A stretch of DNA of 64,000 bases from Octopus sinensis (lineage: Eukaryota): NCBI RefSeq assembly GCF_006345805.1, contig NC_043000.1, positions 123,752,001 through 123,816,000 on the forward strand. Reading direction: 5' to 3'. Positions 49,957 through 62,715 of this stretch are shown in pieces; positions within the stretch are counted from its first letter, which is position 1; the number at the start of each line of letters is the position of its first letter. The notes beneath the pieces are model-generated. The model did no database searches and was not told the DNA's origin. It was given only the letters and a program-made list of their open reading frames with translations. Position numbers and translations under genes: made by a program.

Positions 49957-50267
49957 GGAACCTACATGGTGGTGAATTGGCCAAGTCCTTACAACATCAG
50001 TAAAAACACTTGATTGTTTTTCTTCTAGCTTGCTATATCTGAGTTCAATTCCAGCTTAGGTCAACTTTGATTTTCATCCAGCAATTTTTGAGAGGAGATT
50101 AGTCAATACCCCCAGTACTTAGCTTGTAATTTATTTTATTGACCCCCACCCCTTGGAATCAATGAATTAAAAATCAAAAATCACCAGCATTGTGTCTAAA
50201 TTACTCTTTTACTTGTTTCAGTCGTTTGACTGCGGCAATGCTGGAGCACCGCCTTTAAAAAAATCAT

Positions 50268-50358
50268 CAACCACAGAGGGACTTGAACTCGGACCCTCAG
50301 ATTTTATCACTCAACAGTTCTTAAAAGTCAGATGCATTACCAACAGAGCTATGCAGGC
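50268..50358 (-). pseudogene. tRNA-Lys(UUU) pseudogene with 19-nt intron at the canonical 37/38 position
   Basis: GCCTGCATAGCTCTGTTGGTAATGCATCTGA-CTTTTA-[agaactgttgagtgataaa]-ATCTGAGGGTCCGAGTTCAAGTCCCTCTGTGGTTG; colinear with eukaryotic tRNA-Lys-TTT. Anticodon at 50325-50323, intron 50321-50303. Mismatches in the acceptor and anticodon stems. Confidence 0.8.
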
Positions 50359-50626
50359 TGAATATTAAAATATTAATAAAGGTAGTTTGGTGGAAGAAAC
50401 AATAGTGTCAGATTTAGCCATCATCATCATTGTTTTACATCCATTTTTCATGCTGTTGAATGAGTTGAATAATTGTTGAATGAGCTGTTATGGTCTGCTC
50501 ACCCAAGCAGGTCAGAGGACTGTATCTCAATTGTGTACTTCCATTTGGCTAGGTTTCTATGGTTGGATGCCCTTTCTAACATTAACCCCTTCCCACAGTG
50601 CACAGGACATCAACACTAGTGAGATC

Positions 50627-50667
<41 letters not shown>

Positions 50668-51757
50668 GTTTAACGTCCATTTTCCATGCTAGCATGGGTT
50701 GGATGGTTCAACTAGGGTCTGGGAAACCAGGAGGCTGCACCAGGCTCCAGTCTGATCTGGCAGTGTTTCTACAGCTGGATGCCCTTCCTAACGCCAACCA
50801 CTCTATGAGTGTAGTGGGTGCTTTTTATGTGCCACCAGCACAAGTGCCAGGGGAGGCTGGCAACGACCACAATCGGTTGGTGCTTTTACGTGCCTCGGCA
50901 CAGAAACCAGTCAATCATATCCGTGATAATATGAAAAGGTCCTTTGAGTTTACATTTTACAGAATTTACTGGGTGCATTTTTCTTGGCACCAACACTAAA
51001 GAGGTAGCCACGTCCTTGACATTATTACTTCAATGGAACGTATGAACAGCACTTGTCTCTTGCTTCTGACAATGCAAAGACAAGATGATGATAATCCTAA
51101 CCAGGACTGACTTCTGCCACTTAAGGACATCCTTACACTTATCAAGGGGTTTCTCTTGTCCAGGATTCCCTAGGTCAGAGAAAAGACAAATCTAGTATAT
51201 CTGTGAGAGAGATATCATATGTCGGGGCTGCTGCCAAAAGAGTCACCAATGCTGAACTCATCCACTTTAATGAGGGCTCCACCCCATTTGTAAGTTTGAT
51301 TGATGGCTGTCGACACTTTGTTCATCCACCCTTGTTGAGAGGCAATTTATAATTTTTTTTCTTTTTGTCATGATATCAAACCACTCTTTACATTCTGAGG
51401 TGTGACCCTGAAGTCGTATTGCCAGTTTAAATGCTGACATCCCAACTATGAAACAGGTAGTACTGGTTTAATTAATTACCAACATCAGATCATTTTGTTT
51501 TGTTTTTTTTTTGTTTTTTGGGGACTTTTTGCTGTTTTTTAATCTGATCTAACGAAAAGAAATGTGTAAAACAATAAAAAACAATTATGTGTAAAACAAT
51601 AAAAAAACAAAGAAATATCTGATAATGTAATTATTTGTAGGTCATTTTTGTTAATGTTGTGCAAATAGTGATTGTTTTAACATAAAGTATGTTTACGTAC
51701 AACAATGGTGTTAGGTCACTGAAGGCAGTGAAAGAATGTTTTCAAAGGGATACATAC

Positions 51758-51928
51758 GTTGGTTATTAGAAGCGGGTGTACTATGATTGTTTAAAGCAAG
51801 CGTACTATCTTCTTTAGTACATCCCTCCTCGTCACTGCTGTCAATGCAGTCGTTTATGCCATCACATAGTTTGTCACGGTTCACACAACTTCCATCAGCA
51901 CACTTGAACTGGTTCATATTACAGTGTT
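51758..51928 (-). CDS. LDLa-repeat protein exon, module 3
   Basis: ttattgcag| and |gtatgt; 171 nt, phase 1-1; (E)[56 protein letters not shown]. Confidence 0.92.
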
Positions 51929-52399
51929 CTGCAATAACAATAAAGACTATAACAGTCAGCGCTGGATTAACCCATTAAGCAATATAAGCATGTGTTTAGG
52001 ACATCAAGGGACGGGAGCCCCACAGAAATGAAAATGGTTTACAGTACAAAAGAAATCACTTTAAACTTGCAAAAATAATATTCGTAATGCCTTATCTCTA
52101 CTAAGTATAGGAACAGAAGTTTTACATAAAATTAATTTTAACGATATCATCAAACACTTTGCAATTTACTCTTTGCCCTTTTACTCATTTACTTGTTTCA
52201 GTCATTTGACTGTGGCCATGCTGGAGCATCACCTTTAGTTGAACAAATCAACCCCAGGACTTATTCTTTGTAAGCTTAGTACTTATTCTATCAGTCTCTT
52301 TTGCCAAAATGCTAAGTTACAGGGATGTAAACACATCAGCATCGGTTGTCAAGCAATGTTGGGGGGACAAACACAGACACACAAACATATACACACACA

Positions 52400-52435
<36 letters not shown>

Positions 52436-53010
52436 CACATATATATATACATATATACAATAGGTTTCTTTCAGTTTCTGTCTTCCAAAAAAACTCACAA
52501 AGTTTCTTATTTCTTTACTGCCCACAAGGGGCCAAACATAGAGGGGACAAACAAGGACAGACAAAGGGATTAAGTCGATTACATCGACTCCAGTGCGTAA
52601 CTGGTACTTAATTTATTGACTCCGAAAGGATGAAAGACAAAGTAGGAATTTGAACGCAGAACACAAGGGCAGGCAAAATACCACAAAGCATTTCACCCAG
52701 TGTGCTAACATTTCTACCAGATCGGCACCTTTTAGCTTGGTTTCTATGGCTGGATGCCCTTCCTAATGCTGGAATGTGGCAATGCTGGAGCAGTGCCTTG
52801 AAGTGTTTAGTAAATCAAACAAACCCAGACTGGTAAATTATGAGGACATAAACAAACCAGTATTGGTTGCCAAGTAATGAGAGACACGTGTACACGTGTG
52901 TGTGTGTGTGTGTGTGTGTGCGTGTATGTGTGTGCATGTGTGTGGGAGTGTGTAATGTACGTATGCATGCATGTACATATGTATGTATGTATGGATGTAT
53001 GTATGTATGT

Positions 53011-53055
<45 letters not shown>

Positions 53056-53068
53056 TAGACAAACAGAC

Positions 53069-53126
<58 letters not shown>

Positions 53127-53158
53127 GTAGATAGATAGATATACAGGTAGATAGATAA

Positions 53159-53191
<33 letters not shown>

Positions 53192-54196
53192 TAGCCTGAA
53201 CAGGCTTCAAGACATTTTCTGTCTACCATATTCACTCAAGACTTTGGTCAACTTGTTTAAGGTGCTGTTCAGTGGGACTGAACCTGAAACTATATGCTCG
53301 CCAAGCAAACTCCTTAACCACAGAGCCATGCCAGCCACTACAGACACTATACATAATTACATTACTGGCACCAGTGACTGTCCCATGCATTGAGGTTTAC
53401 AGTTGAGTGCAATGTCCTACGTAGCACAATTGTTGCAGTCAATAGTGTAAGTGATTTGAGATTAGTGTAGATCTGATACTTTAGAAAAGAAAAAATATAT
53501 TATGTGAGAAAAACACTTGTTTCAGTCCATCTGTTGATAATTTCAACAAATTCAAATAAAACAACTTTTGTAAATGGACTTAATAATCAATAACACTGAT
53601 ATTAAAGAGATAACTGCCTGTTATTTCCTTTTGAATCATTTGCAAGAATGATTTTATTACAGATATAAAGAAATATAAGTCAGGGAGAAGATGCACTCTT
53701 ATACCTGTTAGTAGAGTGTGTATATTGTCTGAATTTTATAGTGTTAATTATCCTTCATGGCTGGTCTTACCAATAGGTTTCATGTGAACTTATATAATGG
53801 AGAGTTAGGCAACAAACCAGTTATATAATGCACGCATGTCAGAGATAACTGTCATAGAAGGGGAAATGGCAACTGTTCTTTCCCCTTCCATGTCGGCTAT
53901 CTCTGACAAGTGTATATCATATATCTGGTTTATGGTAGCAAGCTGGCAGAATTGTTAGCACACCGGTTGAAATGCTTAGCGGTATTTCATCTGCTGAGTT
54001 CATATTCCACCAAGGTCGATTTTGCTTTCCGTCCTTTTGGGGTCGATAAGTTAAGTACCAGTTGCATACTGGGGTTGATCTAATTGACTGGACCCCCAAA
54101 AAATTTCAGGCCTTATACCTGTAGTAGAAAAGATTATATATATGGTTTGTTGCCTCACACTCCATTATATGATTAGCATAAAGAAATATATATATA

Positions 54197-54752
54197 TATA
54201 TCATCATCATCGTCATCATTGTTTAACGTCCACTTTCCATGCTAGCATGGGTTGGACGATTTTGATTGAGGGCTGGCGAACCAGATGGCTGCACCAGGCT
54301 CCAATCTTGATCTGGCAGAGTTTCTACAGCTGGATGCCCTTCCTAATGCCAACCACTCCAAGAGTGTAGTGGGTGCTTTTTACGTGCCACCAGCACGGGG
54401 GCCAGTCAGGCGGTACTGGCAATGACCTAGCTCGAATCTTTTTACACATGCCACTGGCACAGATGCCAGTAAGGCGACGCTGGTAACGATCACGCTCGAA
54501 TGGTGCCCTTTTACGTGCCACCGGCATGGAAGCCAGTTGGCTGCTCTGGCAACGATCATACTCAGATGTTGCTCTTGGCACCCTACTAGCACGGGCACAA
54601 GTGCCAGTAAGGCAACGCTGGTAACGATCACACTCGAATGGTGCCCTTTTATGTGTCACTGGTACGGAAGCAGGTTATCCACTCTGTCAACGATCACACT
54701 CGTATGGTGCTCTTTGCGCCCAGCTAGCACGGATGCCAGTCATCGAATTTGA
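54197..54752 (-). mobile_element. RTE 3' end, family C, with ~6 divergent hairpin modules
   Basis: Family-C tail plus modules, ending at gattttgatttc. Confidence 0.78.
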
Positions 54753-54774
54753 TTTTGATTTCATATATATATAT

Positions 54775-54836
<62 letters not shown>

Positions 54837-55918
54837 AGTTCCTCCAACCTTTGATGGGTTTTATTTTTCATCCTGCTGTGTGTCCAACAAACCCCCTTCC
54901 TAACAAAGCAGGCTCGGTGGGGTGCCAGTTCAGTTACTGATGACCTGACCATGCAACAGGTTGTACTGGGTCACATGTTACCAGTATTGCTTGAGAGCAA
55001 CCTTACATAAGCACAAGCAGTCAACAGTCATATATTGCTTTTGTATATTTTATTTATATTCTTAAATCTCTTATATTTTTACCTTTTTTGTGTGTATTTT
55101 TATATATGTATGGAGCAAACGGAGCTTCTTAGCCAGGAAGGCAACCTATCTAGAAGAAGAAAAGCTCTGATAATCCAGATAGATTAATTTAATCGTTGAA
55201 CTTCGTAACATAGTTTGTTTATCAATATTATTTGTATCTTGTAATTATTTTGAGTTTGATCGTTGTTATTATTATTATTGTTATTGACTGGATTTGTAGT
55301 GGACTGGTGGTTGTGATTGAATATTTTCATAGTGTATTGTTCATTTGTTCTAATATTTTTGCACCTTTCTTTAATTTATGGGGCTTAAATGTTTCTTACT
55401 TTCCATTAGTATATAATTTTTCACCATTATATCATTTTTATATATATTGATAGTTATAAGTTACGATAGATATTAATTATTATATCTATTTATTTAGATT
55501 TTTTTTATTAAGGGATCTAACGTATTACATTTAATTTAATTTGAGAATTAATTTTGTTAGACAATATATTATTTAACTATTAGGTGTTATATTTATTAAG
55601 TAGTATTAAATTTAAGATAATTAGGTATTATATTAATTGATATTTAGTCAACTATATTATAGAGTGATATATTAAATCTATAGATACTACACATATATAT
55701 TAATTATATAGTTAGCTTATTTAATGAGTTTGTCTATATTTGAACCATTTCTTATTTTGATTACAATATTAATGACTTGTGTATATTAATAAATTTTAAA
55801 GTATTGAATAATTTAAATATTGTTTTTAGTTTTCACTTAATGTATATTTAGTATCTTATATATATATATATTAAATTATATTTATTAATTAATTATTTTA
55901 TTATTCTAGTTTATTTTT

Positions 55919-56014
55919 AACCTGATGAGTGGCTATATCGAAGTGATTTTACTACTACTATTAATTTTTTTACTATAATCATTTCTTAAATATAGTCACG
56001 AAACACATGTCGTT
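55919..56014 (+). ncRNA. Type-I hammerhead ribozyme, canonical core, 71-nt stem II
   Basis: Stem I AAC/GUU; CUGAUGA at 55922-28; stem II GUGGCUAUAU/AUAUAGUCAC plus GAAGUGAUU/AAUCAUUUC; GAAAC at 56000-04; ACAUGU palindrome; GUC at 56009-11. Confidence 0.82.
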
Positions 56015-56397
56015 TTTCTACCAAATATATGTTTTTATTATTTTTTGCAATTTACTTAATCATCGGTATATTATTGTTATTTTAATTTTAATATTTCTAT
56101 TATATGTAACTTTCTAGATGGTGTAATTTAATTGTTCATTTTGAATTGATAAAAGGTATTTTTTTCAAATTTATATATATATATATTATATAGTGTGAAA
56201 TTTGATTTAGTATTTCTAAATTGAATTTTTCCCTGTAAGTTAGGATTAATATTCCCTCAAATAATTATTATTATTATATATATATATATATATACATATA
56301 TACACAAACATATATGTAGATATATATGTATGTATATTTACACGTGTGTGTGTATGTATGCATGTATGTATATACACATGCATATCTTATATATATA

Positions 56398-56478
<81 letters not shown>

Positions 56479-58514
56479 GAAAAATAAATTCAAAAAAGAA
56501 CAATTCAAACTTTTTGAGAGGTCCAAAAAGAGAGAAAGAATGATTTCTAATAAAGATTCATCATATTCATAAAAAACAGCCAGAGCAAGTATTAAGAATA
56601 TGAAAATAGTAGTTGAAAAATATCGTTAAAGGTATAAATATACCATAAACGATTATAGAAAAATGGAGGAGAAAAAGATGTTGCATCAAAATTAGATTTA
56701 ATACAAAATAGGATTCAATACATATGCATTTCCAAAGGACAATACAAATATGTAGGAAAAAATTATAATCATAGTAATTATAATTAAATTTATGCATTGT
56801 CATTCTTATCAGCGTGAAGAATTTTTGGAAGGACATCAAAAAAGGTTTAATAAAATAAAGTAAATTAAAATAAGATACAATAAGGGAGAATACAAAAGGG
56901 GTAATAGGGAAAAACCAGATATTTACAAGCAAGTTGTAAAAGGGAAAAAATAACGGTAAAATAATAGTGAGAGAGACAAAAGAGAAAAAAGACAGACATA
57001 TCAATGTGTATGCACGTCTATATGTGCAAACAGAATGATTAGATTTGGCTTTTCTGTTTCTCCTGACTTATTTAGGATTATTTCTTCCTTTAACAATAGA
57101 AAACTAAATCTTTACTACAAGAATTTTACCTCCTCTACTACTGATACTAATCCCAATTATTCAAATAGCTCTGTATCTTCTACCAAAGGTTCCCATACTC
57201 ACACAAACACTTCCTCCTCAATAGCAAGACACATATTTCTGCCTCTCTATTTCTCTGTTACACTCTAACTGTCCATCATCTGATACTGGATCACCTCCTC
57301 TAATGCTCTCTCTGTTGTGGAAGGACACCTGTCTCTCTGTTTCTTTGTCACACTCTAACCTTTCACCTTCTGACACACATTCTCTTCCTCAAATGCCCCT
57401 ACCCCTCTCATGGTTCCTTGTCTTGTGAGTTACATGGTTACCCTGCCAGTGCTGGTGCCACATTAAAAGCATCCAGTCCACACTGCAGTGTGGTTGGCAT
57501 TTGGAAGTCCACTCTGCAGAGTTTTTGGTGTTAGTAAGAGCATCCAGCCATAAAATCCCTGCCAAGACTGACACAGTAGCCTAGGGTAGTTTTTCTAGCT
57601 GACCAGCTCCTGTCAACCTTCCTACCCGTGTATGCATGGAAGATGGATGTTAAATGATGATGATGATAATGATGTATATCATATTTTCACACACAGCTGT
57701 TATAAAGATCATAATGCATGTATCTGTTATTACTGTATGTAAAGTTATAGAAAACCAACAAATGAAATAATATTTGAATTTTTTATATTTTTGAAAATAA
57801 TTATATTTAATGTTTGTATAAGTGCTTATTCCATAATTAGATATTGTAACTATATGAGCAGAATATACAGTATCACACACAAGCACACACACAATCATGT
57901 GTATATATGTGTGTGTATGTATGTAAAACATGTATCATCGTCATCGTCGTCATCATCATCATTTTAATAATGTGCTTGTATGGTAGTAGTTCTGTGCTTG
58001 CATGATAGTAGTGATAAGGAGATGATGATGATGATGATGATGAAGATGATGTTGATTACGATGATGATGTAGAGACAATCTTTTGTCACTCTTTTGGTCA
58101 TAAATGCAGTGAACCAGAGACAAGATTATTGAAAACTTTTAACCAACAATATTATTGTTTGCAAAAATGAAAGATGAAATACATAAATAACAAAACTAGT
58201 CTAGCCCTCCCACATCCACCCTATGCCTACCCTACCCTTCCTAAAGGAAAATGAAGGAAAAAAATCGATATTTCATAAATATTCATATTTTATGATTATT
58301 AGAAAAATTCCTTTAGAGAATATTATTGAAATAACTGTTGCTATTCTAACGCTTGACTGTTTCACCAATATTGCATATATTGGGAAAACATGTATTCCTA
58401 ACATATACAACAAGAACAACAGTAATCAAAATAGATGTGCTTGAGAGTGTGTGTGTGTGTGTGTTGTGTGTGTTGTGTGTGTGTTGTGTGTGTGTGTGTG
58501 TGTGTGTGTATGTA

Positions 58515-59312
58515 CAGTACTTTGCAAAAATCTTTGGCCACTTTATTGTAAAGTTCTACTAATTGCCAACTTATGAACGGATGTTTCACATTGTATTTTT
58601 TACAGATGAAACATTGGCCCTGTTGGAATCATTTCCATACCTAATCATTATATTTTGTAGTAGGGGTTCTGAATGAGAGGGGAAGATGTGAGATGACCAC
58701 CAAAAATGGCCATGCAAAAGTTTCTGGCCACCTCACATAAACCATCAGGATACATTCAGTGTTTTAAAACAGAAAAATGTTTATAATGAAAATTTATTAC
58801 ATAATGTTCATGTCAAGAAGTTACTGTACATTGTTAATATTTTGTGTGGCTTCCCTTAGCTTGAATAATTGCTTCAATGTGCCTGGGAAGAGATGCGTAT
58901 AAATCTTTCACCATCTTCACAGGTATGAGATGCCATTCTCTGTGGCTGAGCTCCCATAACTCGAGATTGTGTGGATTCTTCTGACGAACTTTTCTCTTTA
59001 GTTCTGTCCATATTTGTTTGATGATATTTAAGTCAGGGCTCTGAGCTGACCAATCTTTCAATACGGTAACACCTTCATCAGCCAGATTCTGTTGTGTTGC
59101 ACACAATCTGCAGCATGGAGCTCCGTCATGCTGAAAAGCCTCACCTTTATCCAAGTCTGGTATCAAATTGTCCTTCAGCAACTGGATGCAAATGGAACTA
59201 TTCAAGTTACCATCAATTTTAACCAACTTTCTTGAACCATCACTTTTTATGTATACCCAAAACTTCACTGTTTTCATCGTGTAACATGAGTCGTTTCACT
59301 TTCTTGAAAGCC
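58515..59312 (-). mobile_element. Tc1-like (DD34E) transposon 3' part with IR/DR-type end
   Basis: TA|CAGT terminus; direct repeats tgcaaaa(a/g)t(c/t)t(t/c)tggccac at 58523 and 58713. ORF 58834-59277 has FQHDGAPC, WSAQSPDLNIIKQIW (catalytic Glu changed to Lys) and AKGSHTKY*. Confidence 0.88.
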
Positions 59313-59326
59313 TTCTGACAAATTCT

Positions 59327-59557
59327 TATTTCTTTACTGCTCACAAAGGGCTACACACAGGGGGAACAAACAAGGACAGACAAACAGATTAAGTTGATTA
59401 TATCGACCCCTGTGCGTAACTGGTACTTATTTAATCGACCCCGAAAAGATGAATGGCAAAGTCGACCTCGGCAGAATTTGAACTCAGAACATAGCGGCAG
59501 ACGAAATACCGTTAAGCATTTCACCCGGCGTGCTAACGATTCTGCCAGCTTGCCGCT
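59327..59557 (-). mobile_element. SINE family A with 14-bp TSD
   Basis: ttctgacaaattct at 59313-59326 and 59558-59571. Confidence 0.88.
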
Positions 59558-59752
59558 TTCTGACAAATTCTGGCTGATGAAGGTGTTACCATATTGAATG
59601 ATTGGCAAGCTCAGAGCCCTGACTGAAACAGTCATTTGACAGGATGTGTATATATATATATGTATATATTATTTAATAACAGCTTGAATTGGCCCCATGC
59701 AACTTAAAGACATATGATAAAGAAATAAAGAAAAGAAAATCTATTAACTTAC

Positions 59753-59899
59753 CTCTGATTGCATTAGATGAAAAAATTGCTAAGTTTGGACATTCATCTT
59801 CATCACTGCCATCAGGGCAGTCACTTTCACCATCACAGTGCCATGCTCGTGGAACACAGGAGCCATTTGTGCAGAGGAATTGGTCGATATAACACCTGG
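59753..59899 (-). CDS. LDLa-repeat protein exon, module 2
   Basis: ctttccag| and |gtaagt; 147 nt, phase 1-1; (S)[48 protein letters not shown]. Not shown in frame in the ORF track. Confidence 0.92.
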
Positions 59900-60007
59900 C
59901 TGGAAAGTAAGAATGGTAATAAGTCTTAGAATGTTTATTTTATCTCGTAATCCTTTTGATAACCCACCCAAGACAGCTTCAGGTTCTGAGATACATGTTT
60001 TCTAGAC

Positions 60008-60305
60008 ATAGGAGTGGGTGTGCGGTAAGTAGCTTACGTAACAACCACATGGTTCTGGGTTCAGTCCCACTGCGTGGCACCTTGGGCAAATGTCTTTTAC
60101 TATAGCCTCGGGCTGACCAAAGCCTTGTGAGTGGATTTGGTTGATGGAAACTGAAAGAAGCCGGTCGTAACTTAGCAGTTCGGCAAAAGAGACCAATAGA
60201 GTAAGTACTAGGCTTACAAAGAATAAGTCCTGGGGTCGATTTGCTCGACTAAAGGTGGTGCTCCAGCATGACCACAGTCACATGACTGAAACAAGTGAAA
60301 GAGTA
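60008..60305 (+). mobile_element. SINE family B lacking the internal microsatellite segment
   Basis: gaagccggtcg|taacttagc junction deletes the middle of the family consensus. Confidence 0.8.
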
Positions 60306-62571
60306 ACATTTCATTTTAATAATGGCAAAGTTATTTAACTAAGTTCTTCATTATTTTCAAAATTAATTGAAACAGAGCTAATATATTTTCATAGAAATGA
60401 GGTAATAAAACGGTTACGAAATATAGGATTCAATGTTGAAATTTCTTTTCTTGTTGTTTTACAGGTAAATAGAGATGATGCGGGGGTGTAAACTACAGTC
60501 AGTCTAAATAATAGAAGCAACTAATGTTATGTGCTAGATGGCATGTTAGGCTTGCTTCCCTTACTGTTTAAAGGTAAAGAAATTGTAAGTAGTCAGGTTA
60601 TTGTTATATTTTAAACCCTAGTTTAAACTTTAGAAGACCCTCTGTGCTGTACCCAAAGACGATGCATATAACTCTTCTTAACTTAATTTATCTAAACTAC
60701 TTTGCTGAGACTTAAAATTGGTTTTCTGATTGCAATGTGTGTTTGAAATCTTCAATAAATGAAAATTTCAAAACCACATTTTGATAAAAATATATTAAGA
60801 TTAAAATGTTTAAGAATTTTCTATCCTGTGTAGACTTTAACAATTGCTTTCTTTGAGTAAAAGTTACATACTCATAACTAATTAATTAGAAACTGTTGTA
60901 GAGGAGCAATAGGAATGCTATCCAGGAACAGCAGGAATGACACCCAGCTATAAAAAAAATTCCTGAACAATATGCAAATATATAAGTTTGTAAAAACAGT
61001 CTCACCAATACTAAAAAAAACTGATGTTAAATAGAAACAAAAACAAGTGTTTAATACTACTAGAAAGTGTTATATATGTTGGTCATAAATAATGAACTCA
61101 CTGAATAAACATGATATATGTACACTATAAAGACATGTTTATTTTGCACTTGTCACAAATTAGATTTAACTTAGTGGAATAATGGTAGAATGCTATTGAT
61201 TTTGTTTTATTCAACATTTTCAGTCAGGCAAACGTCTTTGTGTGAATAGTTAATCTCAATAAACAATCTGTTGTAGACAAAAAGAGACATCGAGAAGAAA
61301 ATAAATGAAAGAAAACACATTTTAAAATAAAATAAGCAAAAAGAACAATAAATAAATGAATAAAAAGCAATGGTGAATTTGATAGTCCACTTGATACATT
61401 TAATCTATGTTAAATTCTATGTTAAATAAAGCCTTCATTTGAGAATAAATAACACTCTCTTAGTGATCGAACTACAAATAACGATTGTTTATATATATGA
61501 TGGTCTTTTGAGAGGATACCAGTAATTACTAGATAAATAGAACAGAGAAGGTAGATTCAGGGATCAAGAGAAGAGAGAAGATGGGTGGCTACAGGTCAAA
61601 TGAAAGGAGAAAATACTGCCATCAAAACTTTACTTTCTCACATCAACAATAGAAGTTTGGAAGGAGTCTGATACATTATGGTGATTAAGGGGTTGCACTC
61701 ACAGTTGCAAAATCAAGGTTTTGATTCTCAGATCAGGTGATGTATTGAGTTCTTGAGCAAAATACTTCATTTCATGTTACTTGAGTCCACTTAGTTGTAA
61801 ATGACAAACCCTGTGATGAACTGGCATCTCATTCAATGGCAATGTGGTGATCTCAGTCACTTATGCACCATGGAAACTGAGTAACTAACCCCATGATTTC
61901 AAGGACTTGAGACAGTAAAGCCAAGGAGACTTACTTTACTGATACAAGATGGGAACTTCTATATGGCTGCTGCTTGACTTGTGAAAATAGCATTTAAATT
62001 TTCACAATTCACACACCACTATCTTAAAGAAAAAAAGAAGGACATGATGGATAATATTGTGAATCTTTGGTCATTGGTTGGTTCAGTCAGAGCTGATCTG
62101 AGTTCAAAAACAACAATTACAACAATTCCAGTTGCACAACCATGGGAAACAACCAAACCAAGAAAGTTACTTGAAAATGGCAACCAGAACTCCCTTAAAC
62201 CACACCCTATTCTCTTAAGAAAAAAAATTAGAAAAAGAACAGAAAGATACTTTTAATGGAAAGTTCATGGCTTAAGCATCTTTGAGTGTAGGTCAGTCTG
62301 ATCTCAGCTTACCTAGAAGATAAACAATACTAGATATAGGGCTAGAAATAGCAGCAAAATTGAAATCACACCCTATCATCTTGAAAAAATAAAGGATATG
62401 TTGGATAATGTGGTCTAAGATTTACATAGATTTACAAAAAGACAGAATGGCCATGATCTGATTGACCAGAGCTGACCCAGAGCAAAACATCCACAACAAC
62501 AACATCAAGATAATCTACAGCTGTTGTCTGCTAATTAATAAATTAATGTGAGAAGAGAAAGTGATACAAAC

Positions 62572-62715
62572 ATATGCTATGGGTTGGTTCCTCTTTCTTC
62601 ATTGGACATTCCTCTTCATCACTGCCATCTGCGCAATCTTGGTACTTGTCACAGTGCCATAATGCTGGAATACACACATTGGTGTTGCACCGAAACGAGT
62701 CATCTGCACAGTTCA
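62572..62715 (-). CDS. LDLa-repeat protein exon, module 1 (first within the window)
   Basis: gcattgcag| and |gtttgt; 144 nt, phase 1-1; [47 protein letters not shown]. Not shown in frame in the ORF track. Confidence 0.9.

Noticed and set aside
56567-57004. 145-aa hydrophobic ORF suggesting a mitochondrial insert or membrane protein
   Set aside because: Phe/Ile/Leu bias follows from the T-rich strand; no recognisable mitochondrial or other protein motif.
59570-59600. CTGATGA at ~59575 (also ~8525 minus, ~10305)
   Set aside because: Part of the Tc1 coding sequence or lacking a paired stem II and GAAA; not hammerheads.
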